In this document: piece by piece, positions 14,685-22,492 of the stretch | How positions within the stretch are numbered: the first letter of the stretch is position 1 | Layout of the letters: every line of letters begins with the position of its first letter | Source: Arthrobacter phage Atuin | Direction: 5' to 3' (one strand) | Sequence record: OK040794.2 | DNA: 24,000 nucleotides | Made by a program: the position numbers and the translations under genes | Notes under the pieces: generated by a model | Told to the model about the DNA's origin: nothing | The model's database searches: none | Seen by the model: only the letters and a program-made list of their open reading frames with translations

Positions 14685-16208
14685 TTAGAGTACTGTGAAG
14701 CTCTGAAGATCGAAGCCGATCTCGGAGTCAACCACGAAGGCCATCAGTCCGGGATCTGAGTCGGAACCTGTCTTGTTGGCCCACCAGTCGGAGCCGTTGT
14801 CGAGCGTCGGAGTTGCGATCCAGTACTTCTGCTTGCCGGTCTTCTGGGAACGTCCTGACGGCTTGAGTCCGAGAGTATGATAGTGAGCCGTGATCAGGAT
14901 GTCAGCGTTAGCAATTGGGGAGTTTCCGTGGACCTGCTTGGCCCACCAGTTCTCCATCTGCGCGAGGCTGCTGTCCTCACCATGTACAAGGCCGATGTCC
15001 AGCCCCTGAACAGGGATTGAGAGGCCTTTCTCCCATTCTCCGGGGTACAGGAACTCCACGTGTCCGTAAGCCTCTGGAGCGAGCTTGTACGCCTTCTGGA
15101 TCTGCTTCAGGAGGAACAGTCCCCAGTCATCTGAAGGGCGTCCCAGAACGTCCTTACCCTTGCGCCATGCTCCATGGTTGGACGGAACACCACCGACAGT
15201 TACCTTATCGTGCGTTCGGGCAAGAAGCGAGATGAATTCCTGCTCAAGCGTACCGGCAAGGTCTAGCTGCTGCATGATGCTAAGATCGTTGGTGAATCCC
15301 TGCTGAGCGGTGTTCTCGAAGGACTCGACAACATCTCCACCGTCAAGGAAGACGGCCTCGGAGCAGTTCTGCTGCTTGATGTACTCCTCAAGCTTCCACT
15401 TCTTCTCCATGACCCGCTCGATGAGGCTCTGGGAGTCTCCACGGGAGCCTACCTTACCTGCCTGAAGATCCGAGAACGGGACAACCAGTGTGCGGTTCTT
15501 TGATTTGCCGGAGCCTGTTACGATTCTCCCGTCCACGATGAGAGATTTCGGTGCTGACTTTACTTCTGCGAAAAGTGTGGGAAGATCGAATGTGTCAGGG
15601 TTCTTCTTCTTGATCCTGAACTTGTAGGCGGTCAACCATTCAAAGCCGCCAACGACCTCATCTTCTTCGTTCTTGAGGTTTCGGTTGAACATCTGCCACT
15701 TGGAGAGTTTCACCGGCCCGTCAACCTCAAACTCATTGGAGTCGATGTTGAACTCTTCGAGGATCTGAGAGAAATCAGTGATCTTGTCGCTCTTCTGTGG
15801 AGTGGAGGTAACTTCTCCGGTGTCTCCGTCGAGAACAAGGTTTGCTTCCCAGCCCTTAGGTGGCTTGACCACTCCGGTCAGAGGTGCTAGAGTGTTATCA
15901 ACGGTGAGAGCCGGAGGAAAACCGGTAATGGAGCCGTCCACAATAATAAGATCTTCAACCGAAGGCATACGAGTTTCATACTTTGAGGCGATGTCGAACG
16001 GTGTTGGGAAGGTTACGTGCTTGTTGAAGTGGTTTGAGAGGGCGTCTGTCGAGAGCTTGATCTTGCTTTCCAATAGGAACTGGCTAATGTGGGTGTATGG
16101 GACTCCGTTGAACCGGTAGTCAGTCACAGATCCGAGCAGTTCCGCAGGTAGGTTGCAGGTCACGCACTGATCTTCATACTTCGTAATGTAATTTGTCATA
16201 GGTCTCAT
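14685..16208 (-). CDS. Metallophosphoesterase-like protein with small N-terminal Cys/helical region
   Basis: VVPFSDLQAGKVG, VFLDGGDVVES, VGGVPSNHGAW, IGLVHGEDSS, ILITAHYHTLG follow calcineurin-like metallophosphoesterase motif order; start may be 16199 (MTNYITKYE) rather than 16208. Confidence 0.75.
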   Translation of the reverse strand: MRPMTNYITKYEDQCVTCNLPAELLGSVTDYRFNGVPYTHISQFLLESKIKLSTDALSNHFNKHVTFPTPFDIASKYETRMPSVEDLIIVDGSITGFPPALTVDNTLAPLTGVVKPPKGWEANLVLDGDTGEVTSTPQKSDKITDFSQILEEFNIDSNEFEVDGPVKLSKWQMFNRNLKNEEDEVVGGFEWLTAYKFRIKKKNPDTFDLPTLFAEVKSAPKSLIVDGRIVTGSGKSKNRTLVVPFSDLQAGKVGSRGDSQSLIERVMEKKWKLEEYIKQQNCSEAVFLDGGDVVESFENTAQQGFTNDLSIMQQLDLAGTLEQEFISLLARTHDKVTVGGVPSNHGAWRKGKDVLGRPSDDWGLFLLKQIQKAYKLAPEAYGHVEFLYPGEWEKGLSIPVQGLDIGLVHGEDSSLAQMENWWAKQVHGNSPIANADILITAHYHTLGLKPSGRSQKTGKQKYWIATPTLDNGSDWWANKTGSDSDPGLMAFVVDSEIGFDLQSFTVL

Positions 16209-16256
16209 TCTATCATAGAATGCGATTTTGCGAAAATCGTGCCGCTATGGTAAACT
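16207..16256. promoter_or_regulatory. Divergent promoter region, both sides possibly leaderless
   Basis: + strand: TTGCGA (16228-16233), 17 nt ending TGG, TAAACT (16251-16256), 6 nt, ATG 16263. - strand: TAGAAT (16212-16207), 7 nt, ATG 16199. Inverted repeats attcta tca tagaat and cgatttt gcg aaaatcg. Confidence 0.6.
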
Positions 16257-16262
16257 AGTCTC

Positions 16263-16670
16263 ATGACTAACGCAACACCTCTTGAAAATATTACGAAAAA
16301 TGACCCCGTCAACCACCCTACCCACTACACGAACCATCCGGCGAAGTGCAAGTGTGGGGAGCCGATTGAGTGTATCCAGATCACTGAGCACATGGGTTTC
16401 AACCTCGGCAATACCGTAAAGTATGTATGGCGCTGTGACCTGAAGAAGGATGCCATCGAAGACCTCAAGAAAGCCCGTTGGTATCTTGACCGTGAAATCG
16501 AGCGCCGCGAGAAGGTAGCTTCTGAACTCTCCGCAACTAAGTACTCCCACCCTGCATCCGGAAACAGCATCGTCTTCAACATGCCCCTCATCGATAACCC
16601 TGCTAACGTAGCAATAGTTGCTTCTGACGTACTATCCAAGACTACGAAAGCTGGCGCACATGTTGGGTGA
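16263..16670 (+). CDS. DUF3310-containing protein
   Basis: DPVNHPTHYT...IECIQITEHMGFNLGNTVKYVWRCDLKKDAIEDLKKARWYLDREIE. Confidence 0.85.
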   Translation: MTNATPLENITKNDPVNHPTHYTNHPAKCKCGEPIECIQITEHMGFNLGNTVKYVWRCDLKKDAIEDLKKARWYLDREIERREKVASELSATKYSHPASGNSIVFNMPLIDNPANVAIVASDVLSKTTKAGAHVG

Positions 16671-16851
16671 TTTCCAGAAGTATGAAGTCACCACAAAGTT
16701 CACCTTCGAGTCCGAAGTCTTCCCAGAAGACCCGGATGATGTCTTTGAACTAGCCGAACTGGAAGCCAAGAGCGTAGCCACAGAGCTATCTATTGCCTTC
16801 CCCGAACTGGAAATTCAGGATCTCACCGTAGTTCCTGTCACTGGAGAGTAA
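16660..16851 (+). CDS. Small acidic hypothetical protein
   Basis: ATG 16660: MLGDFQKYEVTTKFTFESEVFPEDPDDVFELAELEAKSVATELSIAFPELEIQDLTVVPVTGE; overlaps both neighbours. Confidence 0.6.
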   Translation: MLGDFQKYEVTTKFTFESEVFPEDPDDVFELAELEAKSVATELSIAFPELEIQDLTVVPVTGE

Positions 16852-17912
16852 TGAAAGTACTTGGACTGGCCGCAGACTCTGGAGGCTGTGGCTTCTACCG
16901 TCTTCGTGCTCCGGCTGAAGAACTCCGACTCCTCGGTGTCGATATCGAAGTAGCTGAGGGTATTGACGCTGACGCTGTCAAGTACCCTGACGGCATGGTC
17001 CAAGTGAATGAAGTCCACACGGACGCTGATCTCATCGTAGTTCAGCGTCCGTTGGACAACTCACTGACCGCTGTCATTGAACAGGCCAAGAAGCAGGGTA
17101 TCGCCACGGTTGTAGAGATCGATGACGACTTCGGAAGTGTTCATAGGAAGAACATAGCATACGAAGCCATGCAGGACAAGCCCAACATTGGAAACAATTG
17201 GGTTGTAAAGGCCTGTGCCGCTGCTGACCATGTGACCGTATCCACTCAGGCTCTCGCCAAATACGCACGCCACAACAGGTACTCCGTTCTCCGTAACAAC
17301 GTGCCTGTCTCCATCTTCGATGTCGAGATGCCCAAGTCGGAAATCGGCTGGCCCCGCATCGGATGGACCGGAAGCGTCCAGACACACCCTGAAGATCTAC
17401 AGGTCACACGCGGTGCAGTAGGGCAGCTTCTCAAAGAGAATGGACTACCATTCAACGTCATCGGTGACGGAGCACACGTTGCTAACAACCTGAACCTTGA
17501 TCCGGAGACCAACCTATACGCGACTGGATGGGTGGACATCAGTGTCTACTATCAGAATCTCTACGCGTTCTTGGACATCGGAATCGTGCCTCTTGAGATG
17601 TCTCCGTTCAATCAGGCGAAGTCTGCCCTGAAGGGTCTTGAGTACGCAGCGCTCGGTATCCCGTTCGTCGCTTCACCTACCCGTGAGTATGAACGTCTTG
17701 AGCTTTACGGCGTCGGCAAGACGGCAAAATCACCGTCAGAATGGAAGAAACATCTCCAGCGGATGATCGACCGACCCTCTGAGACAGAGCGGATCGCAAA
17801 AGAGAACCGTGATAGAATTGAAGCTGAACACACCTATCGTGTGAACGCTCCCCAGTGGATTGAAGCTTGGGAGAAAGCTATAGACTATCGGAAGAAACAC
17901 CATGTTCACTAG
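16851..17912 (+). CDS. GT-B glycosyltransferase-like protein
   Basis: MKVLGLAADSGGCGFYRLRAPAEEL...VVEIDDDF...IGWTGSVQTHPEDL...FLDIGIVPLEMSPFNQAKSALKGLEYAALGIPFVAS. Confidence 0.8.
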   Translation: MKVLGLAADSGGCGFYRLRAPAEELRLLGVDIEVAEGIDADAVKYPDGMVQVNEVHTDADLIVVQRPLDNSLTAVIEQAKKQGIATVVEIDDDFGSVHRKNIAYEAMQDKPNIGNNWVVKACAAADHVTVSTQALAKYARHNRYSVLRNNVPVSIFDVEMPKSEIGWPRIGWTGSVQTHPEDLQVTRGAVGQLLKENGLPFNVIGDGAHVANNLNLDPETNLYATGWVDISVYYQNLYAFLDIGIVPLEMSPFNQAKSALKGLEYAALGIPFVASPTREYERLELYGVGKTAKSPSEWKKHLQRMIDRPSETERIAKENRDRIEAEHTYRVNAPQWIEAWEKAIDYRKKHHVH

Positions 17913-18147
17913 AGACCAGCTACTTGAAGACCTGTCCAAACTTCCCGGCAATCCTCCCCTCATTCAGGCGAGTGACGCAGAGGGCAACGAGTTCTCGGAA
18001 TTTGCCGGGTATTCCATCGAGTACATCAACGAAGACTTCGACAACGACTATGAGCTATCAGTCTTCAACGAGGACGACATCCGAGATGACAACGATGGCG
18101 AGATCCCTGACAACTTCAAGCAAGTAGTAGTGTTCTGGCGCGTCTAA
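17902..18147 (+). CDS. Hypothetical acidic protein
   Basis: 81 aa, overlaps the glycosyltransferase 3' end; acidic C-terminus. Confidence 0.55.
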   Translation: MFTRDQLLEDLSKLPGNPPLIQASDAEGNEFSEFAGYSIEYINEDFDNDYELSVFNEDDIRDDNDGEIPDNFKQVVVFWRV

Positions 18148-18180
18148 CATACGCCTAGCAATCTTGGTCCTTTCCTAGTG

Positions 18181-18209
18181 TTGACAAGCTCTCCTCTCTA
18201 GACTAGAGT
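18181..18209 (+). promoter_or_regulatory. Sigma70-like promoter for the DUF932 gene
   Basis: TTGACA (18181-18186), 17 nt, TAGAGT (18204-18209); ctcta gac tagag overlaps the -10. Confidence 0.65.
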
Positions 18210-18254
18210 TGAGGCATAGCAACAAACAGTCACCTCTAGGAAAGGATCAAGATA

Positions 18255-19262
18255 ATGTCTCACGAACTCGAAATCAACAAAGACGGCACCGCGAACATGT
18301 TCTCCGGTGAGGGCCACACCCCGTGGCACGGTCTCGGAACCGTGATCGAGGGTCTGGCAACCGCTGAGGAAGCACTGACGCTCGCCGGTCTCGATTGGAC
18401 CGTCAGCAAGCGTCCTGTCTATCAGGAAGTGCCCGTCGCATTCGATGACGAAGGAAACTCCACCGACTGGGAATTCCAGAAGGTACCGGATCGTTTCTCC
18501 GTCGTCCGTTCTTCCGACCACAAGAGCCTCGGCATCGTCTCCAAGGGATACAAGCCCTTTCAGAACGTTGAGGCGTTCGAGTTCATGAACCAGATCACGG
18601 CCACCGGTTCCGGTGACGCTGTCTTCTCCACGGCTGGGTCGCTCTTTGGCGGCTCCCGAACCTTCATGACTCTCCGCATCGGCGATGAGTTCACCGTTGC
18701 CGGTGGTGATGCCCACAAGCTGTTCCTCATGGTCTCCAACTCCCATGACGGATCTCAGGCTCTCACGGCAGCAATCACCCCCATCCGCGTCGTCTGCAAC
18801 AACACCGTCACGATGGCACTGGCCGGGGCCAAGACTAAGTGGACGCTCCGTCACCGCGTTCCGCTTCAGGACAAGGTCACCAACGCCCGTGACGCTCTGG
18901 AGATGAGCTTCAAGTACGAAGAGGCCTTCCAGAAGGAAGTCGAGAAGATGATGGAGATCCAGATCACGAAGGACAAGTTCTACTCCCTCGTTGACGGAAT
19001 CATTCCGAAGTCTCCCGTCCAGCACAACATCGACGTGGACATGCTGATGAACATCTGGGAAAACGAACCCACCGTCTACACTGAGGGCGGCAAAGGCAAC
19101 GGTTACGACGCATTCAACGCCGTTACCTTCTTCACCGACCACAAGGAGTACCGTACGGTCGAGTCTGCATTCAACTCGATCATCGGAACGGGCACCGGTC
19201 AGGGCTTCGCTGAAGCCCTCCGTCCGAAGGCCCACAAAGCAATCCTCGCACTCGCAAAGTGA
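18255..19262 (+). CDS. DUF932 / phage-plasmid-like protein
   Basis: MSHELEINKDGTANMFSGEGHTPWHGLGTVIEGLATAEEALTLAGLDWTVSKRPVY...SLGIVSKGYKPFQNVEAFEFMNQI...VCNNTVTMAL; RBS aaagga. Confidence 0.85.
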   Translation: MSHELEINKDGTANMFSGEGHTPWHGLGTVIEGLATAEEALTLAGLDWTVSKRPVYQEVPVAFDDEGNSTDWEFQKVPDRFSVVRSSDHKSLGIVSKGYKPFQNVEAFEFMNQITATGSGDAVFSTAGSLFGGSRTFMTLRIGDEFTVAGGDAHKLFLMVSNSHDGSQALTAAITPIRVVCNNTVTMALAGAKTKWTLRHRVPLQDKVTNARDALEMSFKYEEAFQKEVEKMMEIQITKDKFYSLVDGIIPKSPVQHNIDVDMLMNIWENEPTVYTEGGKGNGYDAFNAVTFFTDHKEYRTVESAFNSIIGTGTGQGFAEALRPKAHKAILALAK

Positions 19263-19268
19263 GTGGAT

Positions 19269-19325
19269 TTGCATTAGTCTAAAGCAGATGGTAGGCTAGT
19301 CTTCAGACACGGAGGCTAGCCTACC
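19269..19325 (+). promoter_or_regulatory. Extended -10 promoter plus long-arm inverted repeat
   Basis: TTGCAT (19269-19274), 17 nt ending TGG, TAGGCT (19292-19297); ggtaggctag (19290-19299) / ctagcctacc (19316-19325). Confidence 0.55.
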
Positions 19326-19384
19326 AATCTGAAAGCAAGACAAGCAGTACAAGACAAAAACGACAAACGACGAAAGGGAACTAA

Positions 19385-20269
19385 TTGTTCTGGTTTATTT
19401 TGGGTATCATCGTAGTGATTGTAGGCATTATTGCCTCACTGATCACTAGCAGGGTCGGAATTGCAATCGCCGGTGTGGTGGTTGGAATCATCCTGTTCTT
19501 CCTCTCAGCGATCTACACTCAGGAAGTCGGTGAAGCTCTAGTCGTCAAGAACGCAGACGGCACAATCGCACGAGAAGACACAACCCCCGGTATGGATCTG
19601 AAGGCACCGTGGCAGGACACCATCTCATTTGACATCAAGTCCCAGCAGGCACTGTTCAAGGGTAACGGTCAGGGAACCTCAGAAGGCGAAACTGTTGACC
19701 GCCCGGAGATTACCGTCTCCACCTCTGACAAGGTTCCTTCCAACCTCGACATTGCAGTCCGCTACTCCGTTGAAGAGAACAACGTAGGCGAGATCTACAC
19801 GGCCTACAAGACCGAGTCGGCCTTCTTCCAGCGCCTCATCTCTCAGGACATCTCCTCGGTAGTTAAGGACTCCGCTGGTGCTTACACCATTGACACCCTC
19901 CTCGGTAACCGCCAGAAGTTCTCCAAGGACATCGAGGACAACCTGAAGAAGCGTTGGTCCGGCAAGGGCATCATCGTTGAAAACGTTGCTCTCCAGACCA
20001 TCCGTCCTCCGCAGACCATCCTTGACCGCATCACAAAGTCTCAGGAAGCTCAGCAGCAGCTTGCACAGACTCAGGCCGCAACCAAGGTGAAGGAAGAGGA
20101 AGCCAAGCAGAAGCGCATCGAAGCACAGGGTGAGGCTGACGCTAACCGCATCAAGAACAACGCACTGTCGGACCGCATTCTTCAGGAAAAGTACATCGAA
20201 TCTCTGAAGAACGCCAAGAACCTCATCGTGGTGCCGGAAGGCTCCACGCCGATGATTCAGACTAAGTAA
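19385..20269 (+). CDS. SPFH/band-7 (prohibitin-like) membrane protein
   Basis: TTG start; FWFILGIIVVIVGIIASLI N-terminal TM; GEALVVKNADGTIARE...DLKAPWQD...DKVPSNLDIAVRYSV...ENVALQTIRPPQTILDRITKSQEAQQQLAQTQAATKVKEEEAKQKRIEAQGEADANRI. Confidence 0.88.
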   Translation: MFWFILGIIVVIVGIIASLITSRVGIAIAGVVVGIILFFLSAIYTQEVGEALVVKNADGTIAREDTTPGMDLKAPWQDTISFDIKSQQALFKGNGQGTSEGETVDRPEITVSTSDKVPSNLDIAVRYSVEENNVGEIYTAYKTESAFFQRLISQDISSVVKDSAGAYTIDTLLGNRQKFSKDIEDNLKKRWSGKGIIVENVALQTIRPPQTILDRITKSQEAQQQLAQTQAATKVKEEEAKQKRIEAQGEADANRIKNNALSDRILQEKYIESLKNAKNLIVVPEGSTPMIQTK

Positions 20270-20356
20270 ATGATTCCTTACGCTCACAGTCACGAAGATG
20301 ACGACAACGTAGAGAACGACTCAGTAGGCTGGTTCAACGAACGAGACTACAAGTAA
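20270..20356 (+). CDS. Possible 28-aa peptide
   Basis: ATG directly follows the SPFH stop: MIPYAHSHEDDDNVENDSVGWFNERDYK. Confidence 0.35.
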   Translation: MIPYAHSHEDDDNVENDSVGWFNERDYK

Positions 20357-20368
20357 CACCCGGCTAGT

Positions 20369-20397
20369 TTGCTAAACTAAACAAATGATGGTAGGAT
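20369..20397 (+). promoter_or_regulatory. Extended -10 promoter for the glycosyltransferase/cytidylyltransferase group
   Basis: TTGCTA, 17 nt ending TGG, TAGGAT (20392-20397). Confidence 0.55.
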
Positions 20398-20422
20398 GGT
20401 TCTAGAAATAGAGCCATCCTAC
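20391..20422. repeat. Near-perfect 14-bp inverted repeat with GAAA loop
   Basis: gtaggatggttcta gaaa tagagccatcctac, one G-U; includes the -10 element. Confidence 0.8.
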
Positions 20423-20439
20423 TGTCGTATAAGGACTAA

Positions 20440-21048
20440 ATGACATCTCAAGCCAAAGACCTAACTGTAGTCATCCCGACCATCCCTCCTCGCAGGGACA
20501 GGCTGGAAATCGCCATCAGGAGCGTCCAAGAACAAACTCTTCTTCCCGCAGAGATCATCGTTCAGGATGATGTGAATAAGCTGGGAGCACCGTCCAACAG
20601 GGATGCCGGTGTAGCACGAGTAAACACCCCTTACGTCGCCTTTCTTGACGACGACGACTACTTCTACCCTGACCATCTTGAAACGCTCTACACGGCCCTC
20701 AAGGAGCAGGACGCAGATATCGCCTACTCGTGGTTCGATGTCATCGGCGGTACAGACCCGTTCCCTGAAAACTTCGGGAAGCCTTGGGATCCCAAGAACC
20801 CTATCCAGACCACCGTCACCACCCTCTGCAAGACTAAGACAGTCCGAGACGCCGGGGGTTTCTCCAACACCATCGGCCTCAACGAAGAGCAGCTAATGAC
20901 CTACGGACAGGGAAACACCATTGGCGAAGACTTCCGTATGGTCTTCAGTGCCAATGAACAGGGAGCAAAAATCATTCACGTCCCCAAGGTGACATGGGCA
21001 TACGTCCACTGGGGCAACAACACGTCAGGAATGCCGACAAGATGGTAA
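20440..21048 (+). CDS. Family-2-like (GT-A) glycosyltransferase
   Basis: LTVVIPTIPPRRDRLEIAIRSVQEQTLLPAEIIVQDD...GVARVNTPYVAFLDDDDYFYPDHLETL...IGEDFRMVF. Confidence 0.85.
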   Translation: MTSQAKDLTVVIPTIPPRRDRLEIAIRSVQEQTLLPAEIIVQDDVNKLGAPSNRDAGVARVNTPYVAFLDDDDYFYPDHLETLYTALKEQDADIAYSWFDVIGGTDPFPENFGKPWDPKNPIQTTVTTLCKTKTVRDAGGFSNTIGLNEEQLMTYGQGNTIGEDFRMVFSANEQGAKIIHVPKVTWAYVHWGNNTSGMPTRW

Positions 21049-21698
21049 ACCCTTCACTTCGAATCATCGTTCCGTCTCGTGGACGACCACAAAACGCTCA
21101 CCGCCTGCTAAAGCAGATTCAGGACACCGCAGAAGGTGACCTCAATCTAACATTCGCTGTAGATTATAACGACCCCACCCTCAATCAATACCCATACGCC
21201 TACACCTCTACAGTGCAGGGAGGCAGCATGGTACAAGCTCTCAACGAGGTAGCCACAAGGAACTCAGAATATACCGAGTATCTGGCTTTCCTAGGAGACG
21301 ACACCTTCCCGCATGAGGGCTGGCACAGCAAAGTCATGACCACTCTAGAGGCCCAGAAAAACTCCATAGTCTACGGTAATGACCTGATCCATGGTGAAGG
21401 CCTTCCCACCTCTGTTTTCATGGACTCAAACATTGTCCGAACCCTCGGATATATGGCCCCGCCCAACCAGAAGCAACTTTTCGTAGACAACTACTGGAAG
21501 GCTCTGGGTGACGCTCTGGGGACTCTAACGTACCTCAATGACGTGATTATCGAGCACCTGCATCCTATCGCCCACAAGGCCCCTTCAGACGCTTCCTACG
21601 AGGTAGCCTACAGCGAAGACCGGTGGCTACATGACGAAGGACACTTCCACGAACACATGCAAAACCAGTTCCTCCTAGATTTGGAAAAACTTCGATGA
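21042..21698 (+). CDS. GT-A-like glycosyltransferase
   Basis: MVNPSLRIIVPSRGRPQNAHRLLKQI...YLAFLGDDTFPHEGWHSKVM...YGNDLIHG...YSEDRWLHDEGHF. Confidence 0.65.
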   Translation: MVNPSLRIIVPSRGRPQNAHRLLKQIQDTAEGDLNLTFAVDYNDPTLNQYPYAYTSTVQGGSMVQALNEVATRNSEYTEYLAFLGDDTFPHEGWHSKVMTTLEAQKNSIVYGNDLIHGEGLPTSVFMDSNIVRTLGYMAPPNQKQLFVDNYWKALGDALGTLTYLNDVIIEHLHPIAHKAPSDASYEVAYSEDRWLHDEGHFHEHMQNQFLLDLEKLR

Positions 21699-22132
21699 GT
21701 GTGGTATACACAGGCGGCACCATGGACCTGTTCCATATCGGACACGTCCAACTTCTCGCTGCGTGCCGGAAGATTGCTGGACCTGATGGTAAGGTGATCG
21801 TCGCCCTGAATCCTGACGAGTTCGTGGAAGCCTTCAAGAAAGTCCGACCCACGATGTCACTTGACGAACGAATGGCTGTTGTGGCAGCATGTAAGTATGT
21901 TGATGAGGTTGTCCCGAATATCGGATGGCAGGATTCCACGAAAACCATTCAGAAATATGGTCCAGTGGATTTCGTAGTCGTCGGAGATGACTGGGCACCT
22001 CCCAAGAAGTACTACGATCAGATGGGATTCACCAAAGAGTGGCTGGACGAGAACGAAATCACTCTCGTCTACGTGGACAGGAATACCGGAATGTCCTCAA
22101 CGACCATCCGGGAAAGACTTAAATCCAAATAA
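21695..22132 (+). CDS. Cytidylyltransferase-like nucleotidyltransferase (glycerol-3-phosphate cytidylyltransferase/TagD type)
   Basis: VVYTGGTMDLFHIGHVQLL (HxGH), VALNPDEF, RMAVVAACKYVDEVVPN, FVVVGDDW, RNTGMSSTTIRERL. Confidence 0.85.
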   Translation: MSVVYTGGTMDLFHIGHVQLLAACRKIAGPDGKVIVALNPDEFVEAFKKVRPTMSLDERMAVVAACKYVDEVVPNIGWQDSTKTIQKYGPVDFVVVGDDWAPPKKYYDQMGFTKEWLDENEITLVYVDRNTGMSSTTIRERLKSK

Positions 22133-22203
22133 TGTAGTAAATTACTTACCAGTAATAGTAACATGGTACACTGGAAGGGTACTTACTATTATTGGGGGAT
22201 CTC

Positions 22204-22482
22204 ATGAGATCAAAGCCTGACCAACAGCTAGTCTACATCTACTCCAAAAACAAGTTCAAGCGACATATGTGGATGTTCTTCTTCATCTGGCTTGCACTAA
22301 GGATCGCACGTGCGGTATTGTTGTTTACCGTAGGGATCGCCTACCTCGCATCCATTCCCGCCCAATTTATCTTCTTTTTCTCTGGAGCGGTAGTGGGCTG
22401 CGCTATTCTCTCTGTCATCATCTACAGACACTCAGCCACGCCCGAACCCGGTATTGAACTGGAGGAGGAGCCTCTAAAATAA
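22204..22482 (+). CDS. Small membrane protein
   Basis: MWMFFFIWLALRIARAVLLFTVGIAYLASIPAQFIFFFSGAVVGCAILSVIIY; in-frame ATG at 22204 preferred over TTG at 22192. Confidence 0.65.
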   Translation: MRSKPDQQLVYIYSKNKFKRHMWMFFFIWLALRIARAVLLFTVGIAYLASIPAQFIFFFSGAVVGCAILSVIIYRHSATPEPGIELEEEPLK

Positions 22483-22492
22483 GAAAAGGAAT

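Noticed and set aside
14915-16119. Plus-strand ORFs opposite the metallophosphoesterase
   Set aside because: No RBS or motifs; the minus-strand frame carries all five phosphoesterase motif blocks.
18198-19274. 358-aa minus-strand ORF
   Set aside because: Antisense shadow of the DUF932 gene, which has the recognisable protein sequence, RBS and promoter.
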